Notes under the pieces: model-generated
Told to the model about the DNA's origin: nothing
The model's database searches: none
What the model saw: only the letters and a program-made list of their open reading frames with translations
In this document: positions 37,559 to 52,365 of the stretch, one piece after another
Position numbering within the stretch: position 1 is the stretch's first letter
Layout: each line of letters begins with the position of its first letter
Made by a program: the position numbers and the translations under genes
Assembly: GCF_025526975.1 (NCBI RefSeq)
Contig: NW_026515670.1
Location: 930,001-994,000 of the forward strand
Source: Fimicolochytrium jonesii
Lineage: Eukaryota
Length of the DNA stretch: 64,000 nt
Direction of reading: 5' to 3'

Positions 37559-38294
37559 TCATAACCACCCGGGATGACATAACGGCACTCTGACCAGATC
37601 AGTATCGAACAGCTCGATGAACTGCTCATTCAGGACTTTTACTTTCGGGCCCGCGTATCGTCTATACTCTTCGAATATTGACGTTAGGTTCCACCGTTGC
37701 AGCTTCCGCAGGCATCCGATCACAGTTCCTATCAAGTTCCCAGAGATGAGCTTGAGGTACGTTTGGCACCGTACACATATCGGCAAAGGCACATACCCGT
37801 CCGATGTCTTCCGAGGTTGCACATCACAATCAACGGGTACTTTCCCGGATCGAGTATATGTACAAGCGCTTCCAGAACGACTTCTTCGGATATGGGATCC
37901 CAGGTGTTGCCCCCTGCGCTCAGCCCGACGTGATATAAGGTCAGATCCTGGTCTTCTACGAAGTTTGCGCTGCGAAGTTAGGCCAGGTCAGCGTTATGGA
38001 CCCCACCCATGAAAACACTCGGGAAAAACATTCCAGACGAGAACATATTCACACCTCTAAGACACGTACAATCTTTGAGAAGGCTCTTCGGGAGCCAGAT
38101 AGACCACGGTTTTCAGACCCAGCTTTTCGAGAAATGGAAAGTTGAGCTCATTCGGTTGACCTGACCGGTAAAGGTTCTCCTCGACCATCCCGAAGTTCTA
38201 CGTTCAAGGGGCCGGTCAGAAAATCCAAGGGGGACGAACAGCGCGTACTGGGACGGCTCACCAGTGGAGGAATGTAGTGCTGTGAATGGCTCAT
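37559..38294 (-). CDS. OCA1: Atypical dual-specificity phosphatase, Oca1/Siw14 family, 4 exons
   Basis: [30 protein letters not shown]5R loop [36 protein letters not shown]. Confidence 0.85.
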
Positions 38295-38900
38295 CTTGAG
38301 GATTTTGACGGGCCGATCCCGTGTCGTTTCAAAACAGGGTCGATGAGGGTCTCCGAAAAGGTTGCTTCCCCTTCTCTATCTATGGCTTTTTTTCAGCAGA
38401 CCTTTCGTGAGTTTGCAATAGACAACGGTGAGTTTGTTTGTTAAAGATCGCTTTGGCGTCCCGTTTTGAGCCCGGTTCGTTTAGAAGTTTGCTGACTACG
38501 TATACAGGTTTCTGAACGTCCAGGGTCGATAGCGTGGGAGAGTAAACTTTACAGGCGGACCCTAAGGAGGTTGCAATGTCGGTGTGAAACGGTCGAGAAT
38601 GCTGGACATGGAAAAGCGTCTGTGACCATGTCTCGTTTTCAAGCTTCCCAACGACGCGTGAAGAGCAAAGCAGGGAGAAGGGAAGATACGACAGCGCGAA
38701 TCTCCGCTCAACAACAGTTGTCAAGAAGAGGACCAGTATGCATGTGCAAGGGGTATGCGCTATGCCAAAGACAGGCCTTTTATATGTTGACGCTCACAAA
38801 TACGCACAATCGCTATATGACACAGTTGCAGTCTTCCTGGCTTTTTGAACCATAGAAAGCAGGATATATATACATGAGCCCATGACGATAACTCTATCGT

Positions 38901-41900
38901 TCAATCGTCCAATTGGAGCCTGCAAATCAACCGATGTTAGAATGGTGGAAGCCAGAACCGAGAACAGAATCATTACTCACAGTGTAGCGACTCCCCGCAT
39001 TATCCAGTGCTTCTCAGGCCTATCGCTGGGCAGCCTGATGGCAATCACGAAGTTCGTCGAGTGTCCCGTTGTGGAAAGAACACCTCTCCGCGCGCTTGTC
39101 TTGTAAATGGGACACACGTATGAAGGCGTCGTCGCCCGCTCTGATATCTTGCATGGTTTGAACCAAATCACCGGTAGAAGATCGTAGAGAACCTTGGGAT
39201 GGGATTCAGCAATCACGCCCGCATCTGAATTCCATCGCGCTCCTTCCAAGTACAGGCCCGTCACGTATACGCCGTCTTGTGGTGCTTCCGTCACTTCTGA
39301 TGCGTTAATCTTCAGAACTTCAAAGTTTAGCCCCAGCTCATCAATTGGGATGGTGTAGCGCCGAGCGTAGTTCTGTAGGGTCGCTGTGGAAGTGTAAGGT
39401 TCAACACTTCGTTTGCCCACTGGGGTACATCAATCGCGCTGTACATACCAGTGATGAAGGACTGAGTGAAGAAGAATCCACTCATCCAGAAGACTTTCGG
39501 GTTTCCAGTGTCAAGCCAGTTCTTGAAGAATGCAATTCTGGCGACCAGGTCATTGACGTATCCTCCCAATGGCTTGAGACTCGGGTAACTCTTAGAGGCC
39601 CACATCGCGGGTAATCTGCCCGTCAGAATGCTTTTGCACACTTCTTCCAGTTCTGCGCTCATGACTACTAAGCCACGAATGGCCTTTTGCACGTTGACCA
39701 AACTGACCAAAACGACCTGAATCAGGCGATTGAAGCGAATCATTTCTTGGATCAGCACTGTGTTCATGCTCTCCTCGTAGCTGACGGGGAACTTCCGCGC
39801 AGCCTCCTCGATGTTGAACGTCGCTGGAATGCGAGACAGGATGTCCGTTGCCACTTCCACAAGGATCTCATCGCTGGTCTTCAGGCCCGCGCCACCACCA
39901 ACGCTGCGCTCCTGTGTAGACAGCACACTCTCAAATAGGCTTCTCGTCTCGGCCAGTTGTCGTGCGATATCTCCGTTTTCGTGGATACCGAAGATCTCCG
40001 GATTCTGGTTTAGCGGTAATGATCGGATGTATTCCAGGTAGTTCTCGTACTTGCCCTTCGGAGGCGCGTAGTAAACTCCCGACGCAGAGAATTTGTAGTT
40101 CGGGTCTTCCACAATCGAGGGAGTGTAGAATGTCGTCAGAAGATTCATGAGTGTTCGACGGTCCCAGTCATCCGTGACTCTTCCGCCGTAATTGCACTCT
40201 CCTGTGAGGTATGCGATCGCTTTGAATGGCACTTCGTTGTACTCGTTCAAGAACATTTGCAATTGACGCATGCTGATACCTGAACGACAAATGTGTTAGG
40301 AGGCGTTCAACCAAAGTGGTGGTACAGCGCAATCGTTTGAACTTACGAAGATCAGACTCGTTGAACTCATACGGGATATTCCATCCAAGCGGTCCGAAGT
40401 TCCTCCTTTCTTGAACAACCGCATGGAAGGTGCACAATCCGAATAGTAGCTTCTCCCACTCATTCGGTTTGTTGCAGGCATTGAAGAACTTCTCATCGCT
40501 GATCAAGTCTCCCAAGAAGCTTTTCAACAAATTCGCTTTCAATCCCTTGGGCGGCTCATTCGTCATCTTGACCCCTCCCTGCAAGATACTAGCTGGGAAC
40601 TTGGGGCTCGGATAAGATGTCAGCCACAAGCGAAAGTCTTTGTGGACAGTGACAGCCTCAGTGCTCATGTCGTCCACGATCTTCTCGAGAGCTGGAAGCC
40701 AGCTGACTGCCAAGTGACAGTTCTGCAGTACGACCCAAGTTCCGGCTTTTTGCGCTTCTCTGACCATGGAAGCTGCGATCGGACCCTGGCCTTGACCGAG
40801 GGATATAGATTGGCATTTTGAGCCGCTGTACCCCTTGTCTTCTGCAAATTTGAGCAACCTAAGAGTAGATAAAAGTGGCTCAGATCAAGAAGGGACAACA
40901 CATTCCGTATTTGTAGCTTTCACTCACTGTGCCATTGGGTCAACACCCGGCGAAAGCACGAAAATCAATGCAGAGCGATGATTCGAATCTTCGAAACTTC
41001 CCGCCAAGTCGAAGGTTGGCGGCTCAATGAACTTTTGTCCCAGTTTGACTTTCACAAACTCCTGGACTGCAGGGACGATGCGTTCTGGCCGCAATGCCCT
41101 GACCACCAACGTCCTCTGGAACTCGTTGGCAGACGCCCATTTGCCAGGTAGAGGAAGATCTTGAGGATCGCTGCTCTCGACCCAGATCTTCCATTCCGCG
41201 CCAGAGAACTCGTCTCGCAATCCCGTGAATGCCGGCAAATCCGACATACGGTACAGTTCCGACCAAGCTTTTTCGGACAAAAGAGACGGGTCGGGGTTTG
41301 CCATAGCCGGCGATCCGACGCTGATTCCCCCTGTCAATAGATGCTGGAACTCTGCATCATCCAACTCCTTTCGGTTCTTCAGGATGACGGAACACAGCAG
41401 GAATGAGAACAACAGCTTGTCCTTCTCGAATAAAGACCGGCAGACGTTAAGGTAGAGTGAGTAGGTGAAGTACGACTCGAGATTCTTCAAACGACGTTTC
41501 AAGACCCCGGACTTTGGCGAAAGCGCGATGCCGTTGATGAACAGGTCTATGAACCACGTGAGCGAGTATTGGTACATTGGATCGATATTGGCCAGGTCAG
41601 CGATGCAGAAGTAGAGGGCTGCCGAGTGGTTGGCGATGGGGCGGTAGGAGTTTCGTGTCTCATCGATTTTGCGTTCAGTCTCTTCCGCAATCTTCTGCTT
41701 GTCGTTGAGTTCTTTCGAAAGCTCTTTCGACGATGAGAGGACCTCGATGGCAGTCTCGTTCTCCAGAATATTGCCTTCTGAAGATGACAGGATCTCAAGG
41801 ATACGATCCTCAATTTCCTTCAACCGCTTTTTGTTCTCGGCGCCTTGCAAGATCAGCTGCGTCTTTTCTTCTTCGAGCTCTGGCCGTTCCTTTGTGACTA

Positions 41901-44900
41901 CGATACCGAGCAACTGGTCTTCCAAACCTTCCGGGGTGATCATGAAGTTGAGCAGCGACACCTTGACGGCCACTTCTGGTAAGTAATGCGGATTCCTCAG
42001 TTTTGTCGTGATATACAGCCGGAAGTTCTCTGACCACTCGATCACAGCATCTCCCAATCGAATGCATGTGGCGCCTCCCGATTTGAAGGTTTGCTTCTGA
42101 AGCACGCTGTCAAGAACGGGGTCCAGCTCTTCTTTAACGTTCTCTAGCAGGACCGGAGCACCAAACTGAATGGCGTTCTCGAGATTCCTCACATAGTCAG
42201 CATCTGTCAGCTTGATAATTTGGAGGTTGTTCTCCTTCTCCATATTCTTGACCCATTTGTTCGCTTGTCCTTGTGGGTCAATCATCAGAGGCCACCTTCT
42301 GGCATTCTTGACGATGATTCCGTTGTCCACGGAGAATGCGTCCGATGGTAACCCAGCGATGTTCCAAGCGCGGATCAGAATGGGATCACCAAGAACTTTC
42401 GCCAAGGAGAACGTGTCGGAACACGGGATGTTGGCCTTCTTGAGTGTCGATATCCACTCGCTGATGCACTCCTGTCTATACAGCTTTGTGAACGCTCCGA
42501 GGTATGCGATGACTCCAGCGGAGATCAAGACGTCGCCAGTCAGGTTAAACAGCACTTGGTCAAGATTGCCAACGACTTGCGTCCAGCGCTGTTTCTCTCC
42601 TCCTAGACCTCCCAATAGCTTCTGCGCGCGATCGAGTTGCTCCTCACAACTCTTCACCTCCTTTTCGAGTCTTTCTTTCTTCTCGGAGAGCGCTTGCAGA
42701 TTGTCATTTAGTGCTTGCAACCGATCCAAGACCGCTTTGAGTTGCGCCCTCTTTTCAGCTAGACCCGCCATAGTCTCAGCCAATTCAGCCTCAGCGTGCG
42801 CGAGAGCGATTTGTTTAGGTGCCACTTCCTTCGCGACTCGATCATAGGCCTCCATTGCGATAATCCAGTTACAAAGTCCTTCCGCGGCCGAAGAAGCGTT
42901 TCGCACCTTTTCCGGCTTGAATTCAGGATTGGGTATGTACTTTGCCCGAATCGCCTTGATAACGTGCGCAGGGATGTCGTCTTTGTCGAAAGCTTTGAGA
43001 CCTTCCAGGAATTTCGGGTCCCCGAGGATCTTGAGAGATGTTTTCCAGTAGTCAAGGACCATTTTACCTGATCCCGACGGATCCGGGATCCTGTCCGGCT
43101 TGATATCTTTCATCACGCAAACCGCCTCCATGACGAGCTTGACACCCTCTGGCGGGTTCTTCATGGACTTGACAAGGTCGATGTCGGATTTCTTTAAAGT
43201 GTCGAGAGCCGATAATGCTGCGTTCAGCAATGGAAGCGCCTGAGCAAGATCATTCTCACATTCGCTCTTGATGGCGGATGCCTGTTCCGCTTTCGAAGCT
43301 GCGATGGCCTCATCAGCTGAAACGGTTTCCTTGGTGGCCTCCACTTCCACTGATTCTTTGGCAATCTTTTCCAACATTTCCACAGTCTCCTCAGACGTCT
43401 TCTTCAATTGAGGGGTGAGATTCGTCAAGTCGACTTGCATCCGACTAATCTGCTCGGCGGCGAATTGAAGTTTGTCCAAACCACCGACATAGCGCCGCTT
43501 CACCGCTGAAATTTCCTCCCTCTTAGCCGTAAGCAGATCTTTATAGGCGTAGAGCAACTCCAAGTAACTGGTCGGCGTAACGTAGTTATGCCTGGCCAGA
43601 GCCGAGAGGTACTTGGTCGAAAGCGCCATAGAGCTCTGATGGAAATGCTTGCACATGTCAACCACCGAAAGCCGAACAGAATCGCTGAGTTCCATCTCAC
43701 TCAAGAACTGACGAGCAACTGCTTGTAAGGCGTCATCCGGCCATGCCTGGAACCAGTCAATCGTACAGCAGTTCACAAGCGAAGAGAACTGACGCAGTCG
43801 AGCGCGGAAGGCATCTCCGATGGGACTCATGCAGAGTACGATGTGGAGATTGCTCTTCACACGCTCAATGAAATAGTTGTAGAGCGCTGTGGGGCTTCCA
43901 TCACCTGCCCTGTCTTGCTCCTGCGCATCTGACATGACACGATCAATGATGTTCTGCCGTTCGTCTGCCGCGAACAGGTTCGGCACGTCGCCGGCATTCA
44001 GCAGACTGCTAACATCCTCGATGAATGACTCCTCTTTGATCTGGGTATCCGGGAACAAGAAGACCGTCTTTTTGTTATCCGCCCCCGCAAGGATAAGCAT
44101 CTTTTTCAGATCTTCTCTCCACTCGACTCGCGTATACTGCTTCGAGATTTCGATTTGGTACAATTCATATTGGCATATGAAAGCGGCTAGCCTCGACAAG
44201 CTTTGTCGGCCACTGCCTCCGACACCGACGACAAGCGCATTTCCACCAGGAAGCTTCAAGATGCGGCATATTCTCGAAATATGTTCGATTGCGAATCTGA
44301 AAAGAACCAGGTTCAGTTTGGCCTTCTTGATCTGATTGTATTCTTCCAGCTGAGCCTGGACCGTCTCCCGGATTTTCTCGAAATCCGTCAGCTCGGCATA
44401 ATCGGGATCACTGTTGGGAACTCTTTTGCTCAAGAAATCGCCAAACATCAGACCGCGCATGTCATCTTCCATCAGCATCTTCTTGCCATTTTCTTCTTGT
44501 CCCGTGGCAAGATGGGCGAACACTTCGTCCGGCTCCTTGTCAAATTTGTCCTTGACGACCTCCAGGACGTAGCTGAACATATTGTAGCGATCATCGTCCG
44601 TGACCAAACGATCATAGTATACGCGATATACTTCATGGACCCATAATCGGAGAATCGTGTCCGGAGTCTTGAAGACGTTCGGGCGCGAAAGAACGATGCC
44701 TTGAATCACACGCGCGAAATCACGCAAGTTGAACGTATAATGCGTTTTCGCTGGAGTAGGCAGCAGATTCTGCACCGTCCATTGGAATATGCTTGCTGTG
44801 GCGTCCACAACGTTTGCTGCGAGACCTCGGATTTCCTCGGTAAATTCGAGTCGCCCAAAATGCCAGTCCAGGATTGTGTTGAAAATACGGCCCATGGTAG

Positions 44901-47900
44901 GGGTATCAAAAGAATTTATCACAATCTGGTTGAAGTGACGCTGGAATCTCGGTGTGATGACATTCCGGCCTCCTCCCGGTGGGCCCATAGCCGCGAGAAG
45001 TTGAATGTCAACCAACTCGATCTTGGATGTGTCCTTCTTATCATACCAGTTCCCATGATCGAGCCATTGCCTGAACAGTTCTATCGGAGGCTGAGCACCA
45101 TATTGTTCTTTCGCGGGCATGTTCAGATCGTCAATGAAGATCAAAACCTTCCTTCCGACCCCAGGCCCATAGACCCCCTTTCTTCGCTTGTCCAGTTTGG
45201 ACATCACCAAGTCTTGCGTTTGTGCAGCGCTGGTACGCGCGGAGAAGCCCACAAACATCGGCGTATATTTCTCTTTCGCGACTCCGGTCAAGAGTTTGTT
45301 TGATACGTATTTCGATTTTCCTGTTCCGGTTGGCCCAACGAGCAGGAAGCCAATGTCGTGAGTGATCATCAAGTCCATCAAATAATTGTAACGAGCAGTA
45401 TCCTTGGTTGGGATGAGGATATCGTTGAACTCCGCGTTAGCTGGTATGGGTTTCCGCTCTATTGTGCTAAGCCATGGTACCCAACGATCCTCGTCTTCGC
45501 TTTGGAACATGTAATCGTAAAGCGTTCCCTCTGTCGGCAGTTCCAGTACTAACGGCTCTGGCAACGCCTCAATAACTTTTCGGATGCTGGCGTCAAACTT
45601 TGCTTGACTCTGTTGATCCACGCTTCCTCCGATGGTCCAATAGACGCAGAATAAGAACTTGCATTCGAGCTGTCGCTTCAAGTTCGGGTCCGCATTGTTG
45701 ACCGTGGCTTCCCGATCTATGATATTATCGAACGTGCTGCCCAGCAGTCTCAGCAGAGAATTGACGAGTCCAATATCAGTGGTAGGGGACAATTCCTTGC
45801 ATTCGCGACGGAGACAGCTTAATGCTGGAGGGACAAATGTCTCGAATAGACGCTCGATTGTTTGAATGTGAACATCGCCCAAGAACGTGATGGCTTCCAG
45901 CCAGGACTTCAGAAGCGGCCTCCATCCAATGCGTTCCGGCTCCAGATATACCATTCCACATCGACTGACCGTTGCAGGCTAGACATTCTCGATTAGCAGA
46001 TGAAAGAAGAACAGATGCACACGAATACCCTCTTACCGAAGCTACTGCCAGATCCATGACCTCGAAAACCAAGCTCATGGTGTTGGACAGCTGAATGATC
46101 TCTCCACTCATAAGACAGAGCTTCTTATTATCGTCCAGGACTGTGTTCATGTTCTCGACCCAAATCGCATCAACAGGTCCGTCAAAGATCACCCACTTGC
46201 GATCAGGACTGGTGCTATTCGCGTAACTCCGGAAACTTGTCGCAAGGACACCGTCGGTCCATTCATGAGAGACGGGATCAAATTGTCCGTAAAGCTGACC
46301 CATAGAAATGGCTTTCGGGTTGATGACTTTATATTGTACCTTCAGCCATTCAGCATCGGGGATTCCCTGTCCTTCTTGACCTCCAAGCGCTGTGAGCGCT
46401 TCGGCTAGCACTCGGTACGAGGCCGTCTTTCCCCCGAATGGCTCTCCAACCAGCATGAATCCGTGACGCACCAGCATCATCTCGTAAAGCTGAATGATCT
46501 TCTCCAAAAAGGCCGGAACGAGTTGGAATTTGAGCTTCTTGCAAGCAATCTCAATCGCAGACTCCAGCACGGCGTAGTCTGGCTTTGGTAACCGCACACC
46601 GGGGAAGAGGTCAGAAGCAATGCCTCTGAACAATGCAATATCTTGCGACAAGAACTTGGGCAGATTGACGTCAATGATCGACCGGAGTACCAGTATGTTC
46701 TCATCTTCGTCAGGATACTTCAACTTGAGATTCCCGGCCGCTGTCAGCACACTCTTCACTGCACGCATTCCATAGTCGTAATGATCTTGACTCGACAACT
46801 GCTCGGAGCACAACCTGTATGTCGCCGCAATCTTACGTGATAAGTTCCTGGCTTCAATAAAACCGAAGGAGTACAGCGTGATTTCGCCGATGAGGGTGTA
46901 GTCGGGCACCATCATAGCCACAGTCCGGAAAAGAGCCTTGAGATTGTCCGGAAGCTCTGACCGACCCGCATAACCAGGGTTCATCGTAATGAATACGGCA
47001 CATGTTGGCTTGAGACTTAGCTTTGTACCCTCAAAAACGAATTCAGCGAGATTCGCAGCAATCGCACGTTGGATTGTCAAGATTTGTTGAGCGACGACAG
47101 AAAGCACCTCCAAATCAATACGGTTGAATTCATCGAAGCATGCCCATGCCCCGGAAGCCGCAAGACCTTTGAAGAACTTGCCCATAGCCAGGTAATCCAG
47201 GCCATCGGAACAGTTGAAGACAACACACTGTTTCGCTAAGGCCTTGGCCAAATCCTTCGTTGTCTCCGTCTTTCCCGTCCCAGCGGGTCCTTCGGGAGCT
47301 CCTCCCAAATTCAAGTGGAGGGCGCCGAAAAGCGTCCGATAACATCGATCGGTCAATGGCGTGATGACCAGTCTTGGAGAGTTGCCCAAGTATTCGTAGC
47401 CATACTCCTTATGAGCGTTGATCATCTTCACCCGCACGGTGTCTTCCTCCCAGTAATACCTCAACTGAGCCAGCCAATCGAAATCAAGGGCGTCCTTGAG
47501 ACCATCCGTCGCAAGTTGTGCTACGACATCTCGAGCGTGAACATCGATGACGACAAGAGCTCCCAGCGTCGCACGAGCCATTTTCGATAGAGACCCGCGA
47601 ACAAGCTTGATCACTTCATTGAGCTCCGCGTTGAGTTGTTTCAAGAACTGGTCAAGGCCTCCTCGTCCCTCTTTGATTGCTTGCTCAACCCCGAGTGTCC
47701 AATATATCTGACCCACACAGAGCACCACTTGTCCAGGCCAGTCCAGCACCCATTGCTCTCGCGGCCGCTTTTGATAGTCATAGTACGCCTCCTCGATCTG
47801 ATATCGGACGCTCTGTAACATGGCTTTTTCGACCTGGTGGGCACAGGTGAGCATCTTGGAACGGGTGTCAGACAAAGACACACGTACAATCTTACATTTG

Positions 47901-50900
47901 AGAGCCATCTCTCGACACTCCCCTTCGCATCTGCGGTGGATACCTTCTCCACCAGCTCAAGCCGCTCCTTCTCACTCGAGCAAAGAGCGAGAATGTCCAT
48001 CTTACTATCGAACTCTAACTGAGCAACGCCTTCAAAGCATTTCTTCAGATGTGGTTGCACGCGAGTCGGGTCTTTCGTTTCACTGAGAATTTCGAGCATC
48101 TCATCGTTGGATAAGAAGAAGAATCGAGGGAAGAACAACCTCTTGATCTCGAGATAATTGTTCAGACCCTTGAGAATGGCTTCTAAAAGAACGTTGTTGC
48201 GCTGGAGATCTTCCAGGATTTGTCCGATTTCGGTCACTTTCAAAATATGTCGGTCCTCGTTCACGACCTGCGATGTAGGGGAGTAAGTTAGATGTAATTT
48301 TTCCCATCTTGATTCAAGAAAGCGGAAGAGCCGGCAAACCTACCGACATCAGCTTCCTCCAAGTCTCATCCACAGCCTTGAACTTTCTGCCTTCCTCCGG
48401 CATCTGGTTCATGATATCCTCGCTACTAAAAATGGGCTCCAAATACAACCACGTCGCTTGCACCTTGAGCCATTCGTCAATGATCTCCTGTGTGTGCAGA
48501 AGACGCCGCTCCCAATCCTTAATCTGCTGCTCGAAAGGCTTGATGTATGGCGATCCGCGCATGGATTGGGTCTTTACAATTTGATCGTCCAACAGCTGCT
48601 GAGGTTCGTCGACGCCTGCCAAAATGAATGTGCCCGACTCGCGGTAAGGAAGGAGGTTGAAGAGCAGAGGTTCCCACTCGGTGAACATCTTTGTCATGTT
48701 CTTTTCGAGAGTGTATTCCTTCGATGCGGCGTCTGAAGGGTTGTTTAAAACTTGTATCAGTGCGGGTACCCAATTTTGAACGAGATGACATTTTTCTCTC
48801 ACCGCTAATCTCCTGGAACGGCTCCAAAAAGGGCTCCAAGTTCAGTTTCAACATCTTCCGCAGACTGGTAGTGCCATCAGGCTTGATCTCCTGGTTGGCC
48901 GCCACGCTCATCTGCGCCCAATGACGATCTCTCATCCCCGGATTGCACAGGACATGGATCAGCGGCAAGTTGACCATGAACTCATCAATCTTCTCCCGCA
49001 CTTGCTTGGCAATATTCTGCGGCGCTGCGTCTTGAACGAGCCCACCGAGGAGACGGTAGATCTCGCGCTTCAGACCGTCCACCTCGCCTTCAATTTGCTC
49101 GGCATCCAGTTCGAGCAGGTTGCCGTCCATCCATCGCTTGTACGACTTTTGGAAATTTACCGCAGTTGTATAGAGAGCTTGATATGGCTCCAGGAGCTGC
49201 ATAATCTTCTTCCGCTGGGGGTAAACCGTAACACTCCATCCGAAGAGCTGCTCCTCTTTGTTGAAAGTGGCAATGGTGTCAGCAGCCGATTGGAGCTGCT
49301 TCGCGAGGGTCTGCACCTTCTTGACGTAGAATGGCATTTCGTCCAGATCCCCAACCTCCTTGAGCTCCTCCACCTGTTTCTGGAACTCATCAAGCTCTGC
49401 CTCGAACTTTGTGCGCCTCTCCTTGAGATTAGCTTCGTTCTTTTCTCGAGCAGCCCCTATGATCTGAGCGTGTCGCTCAAGGATAGGGATGATTCGCTGT
49501 GGCCATGTGAATGTGACATTGTTGAGCTTCATTTGTTCAGGGTCCAGGGCCGAGAAGTTCATAATGTACATAAGCCGCGAGCGTGCTTCCTCGAGCTCCG
49601 TCAGTAGCGCGGGTAGGTGTTCGTTGCGAACCAGCTCCATGTACTCCATCTGATCGGCCATCTCCTTGAAGTTTTCTGGCACTCTCAACGCGTGGTTCTC
49701 GATCTCCTGGTATCGGGCGCAAATACTGAAGGAAGCAGAGAGGATCAGACATGTCAAAAACTCTGACCAAGGTTGAGGTGACGAACCTTCTCTGATGCTC
49801 CGCAATCTGGCGCGTAATCTCCTTTAGGAACTTATTCGATATTGCAACTACACGAGATGCCAAGCTTTTGTGCAATTCATCACAATTCAGCTCGATCATC
49901 GGCAATTCCACTCGTCGTGCGATCGAAAGTATCGAAGACGCCAGCGCCCGGTACTTTTCTATCTCCTACAAGACAGATGCATGGTGAGAACTTTGCGCAT
50001 ACGCCCGTCCCTTTCGATCCAATTGCTCATACCACTGCGAACTCCTCAAAGGTGTGCTGCCCAGCTATAAACTCATCAACTTCGGCGTCGACCTTGTGCG
50101 TGTAGATGTGCTCGTAAATGTCATACTTCTTGACGACCTCCTCTACGACCGCGTAGCATTCAGCAGCGTATTTCTCCACCTTCTTGGTGGCGTGGTCCAC
50201 CACTCCCTCTTCCAAAGCAATTCTAATCTCATCCGAGCCATCCATCGCCATAAGTTTGAGCAAGTCTGTTCCCGCTGTGAGAGTGCCATCCAAGATTTTT
50301 TCGCCGATAGGTCCGAAGACCATTTTACCTATCCGCGGCATCGACTCTACGGTTCTTACGACGTAATTCAGTGCCTCGACGATAGCTTCGGAGATGTCAG
50401 CGAAGGGCGGGTCAAACTCGATAGCGTTCACGGTGTTGAGCCATAATCGCATCAAGAAGCGAGGACCGTGCTTTCCGAGAGAAAGCGCAGGATTGGTCAA
50501 CGCGGTTGCTGGTGGCGGGCCTTGGAAGAGCGATAGATAGTCTTCCAAAGACTGCGCGATGGTAGACCGCACTTCTTTATAGACCATAATCTCAGCCGAC
50601 CGGAAGAAGCTATCTGGCGGCTTTGCGACGGCTGCTCTTCTCCGATCGCTTTTTATGAACGTGTCGACGAAATCTCGTAGGATGGTAATGTACCACCTGT
50701 AATTAGTGAGGCACGGTAAGCAAGGCGAGCGTCTCCAGAAGTAAGAGGCATACGCTTCGTAGTACATGCCCGTTGAGTAGTCGTTCCCTGCACTTTTCAG
50801 CGTTCACGAGCACAAGGCTGCGGAATCCCGATATCCTGAACGGCTCAGCCTGGATGTTGACCTCTGCGATATCGACGAACCGCAGCTTGTCATACTGCAA

Positions 50901-52365
50901 CCACAGCTCCAGCATCTTGACCATCAGCGGGTGGGTGATGTGTAGGATTTTTGCAAGCTTGGCTTTATTCTCCAAGAAAGTTTCGCGCCACGGAGACGGG
51001 AATACGATCTGTTCCTGTGCGAATGCTGGATGTTTGCGGACCCTGTGGGATGGCGTCAGAGATGGAGCCACACAATCGTCTCTGGCAGAGTTCGCACTCA
51101 CTCTGGGTCTTCCAGCGTCTTAGTGCCTCGTTTTAGAATGTGATCCACTATTGAAAAAGTGAGCCTATATGTGCCAAGGTTCCGTATCTACCTTTTGCCC
51201 TGAATAAGATCGTACCTGCTGATTGCTTCCCGCTCTCACTGTATGACTGCCGCACATCCTCCAGCAGGTCGGCTGTCATGCCGGGGTAGCGCTCCACTAA
51301 AAATGCCGGGATGCTATCCATTATATGTGTCACCCAGTCACGGCTTAGGTCACTGTCCGTATGTGACCGAATGATTCGATCGAAGTAGTTGTAAAAGGCC
51401 TGCGACGGTGGGATTAGCTGGTAAGTTTGCTTCTGTGCATCTGGTTGTCTCGCTCACCTCCACCATCTCCAGCTCGCCTTCTTCCGACGCAAACTTCCGG
51501 CTGGGTGGCAGTGTCTTGACATCGGGCTTGTAGTTGCTCGCCATGTTCAGGATTAGCATTTCTGCCGTTTCATCTAAAGGGTGGAGATGAGGCGGGTAAA
51601 CCGATATGGGGTTAGCCTTCATCGAAATTCATGCGCTGCGATTTTCAGTCTGACCTGTCCCATTTTGCGCTTTTGCGTTTTGTTGATCTCTATACGGTTT
51701 CGCACATCCGTCAGCAATCAAACTTTCATCAACATCGACTCTGCCCTCTCTGTGTGTCCCCTTACATCAGAAAATCTACCAGCTTCTCTCGAAAGTCCGT
51801 TCCGCGTCCCGGATCCGCATTATGCCCATCCATTTCCACGCTGCCCAGTGAGACAGCGCCCTCCTGCGTGAGTGACGCTTCCCGCCGATCCACCCTCGCT
51901 TCGTGGAAACCGCCGAGGTCCACAAACGCTTTGACGTTCGAGTACCCCATTCGAGCCTTCTCCAATCTCATTGCTGGATCTTCCACGACCACATGGTGGA
52001 CATGATGCCCTCGTTTCTTTCGAGGGGAGGGTGGGTGGACCTTAATTTGGCTCGCGAGGCCGGGTGGTAGTGCAGCGGTGGTAGAATAGTTGCGTGCGTT
52101 CCGGGACGATTCGATAAGCTCTGCGATTCACTAAACGTTCAATAACAGCCTGTTGCGCCATCCTGCATAGATCCATACCTCGTAAAGTGGATGCCTTCTT
52201 CCTCACCGATGCGACCGTTCTCTGTCGCTGTTCCTCCTCGGACTCCGACGGGTGCCAAGTTTCATTGACCGCATTTTGGTGGCGTCCTTGACTGGACACT
52301 GCTGCTAGCTCTGGAAGGAATGGCGTTTGTATTGAGCCCTCTTGAGCCGGAGCGAGGGCCGCCAT
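38901..52365 (-). CDS. Axonemal inner-arm dynein heavy chain (DNAH3/7/12 class), multi-exon
   Basis: P-loops AAA1 [13 protein letters not shown]2 [11 protein letters not shown]3 [11 protein letters not shown]4 GVGGSGRQS; stalk and microtubule-binding region; C-terminal [12 protein letters not shown]...[14 protein letters not shown]. 5' exons and start ATG 52365 are less certain. Confidence 0.95.

Noticed and set aside
38901..52365. Fragmented dynein ORFs as a pseudogene or frameshifting
   Set aside because: The breaks I checked (about 38920-38980, 40270-40345, 40858-40927, 45978-46035, 47835-47896) are ordinary GT-AG introns that restore the frame
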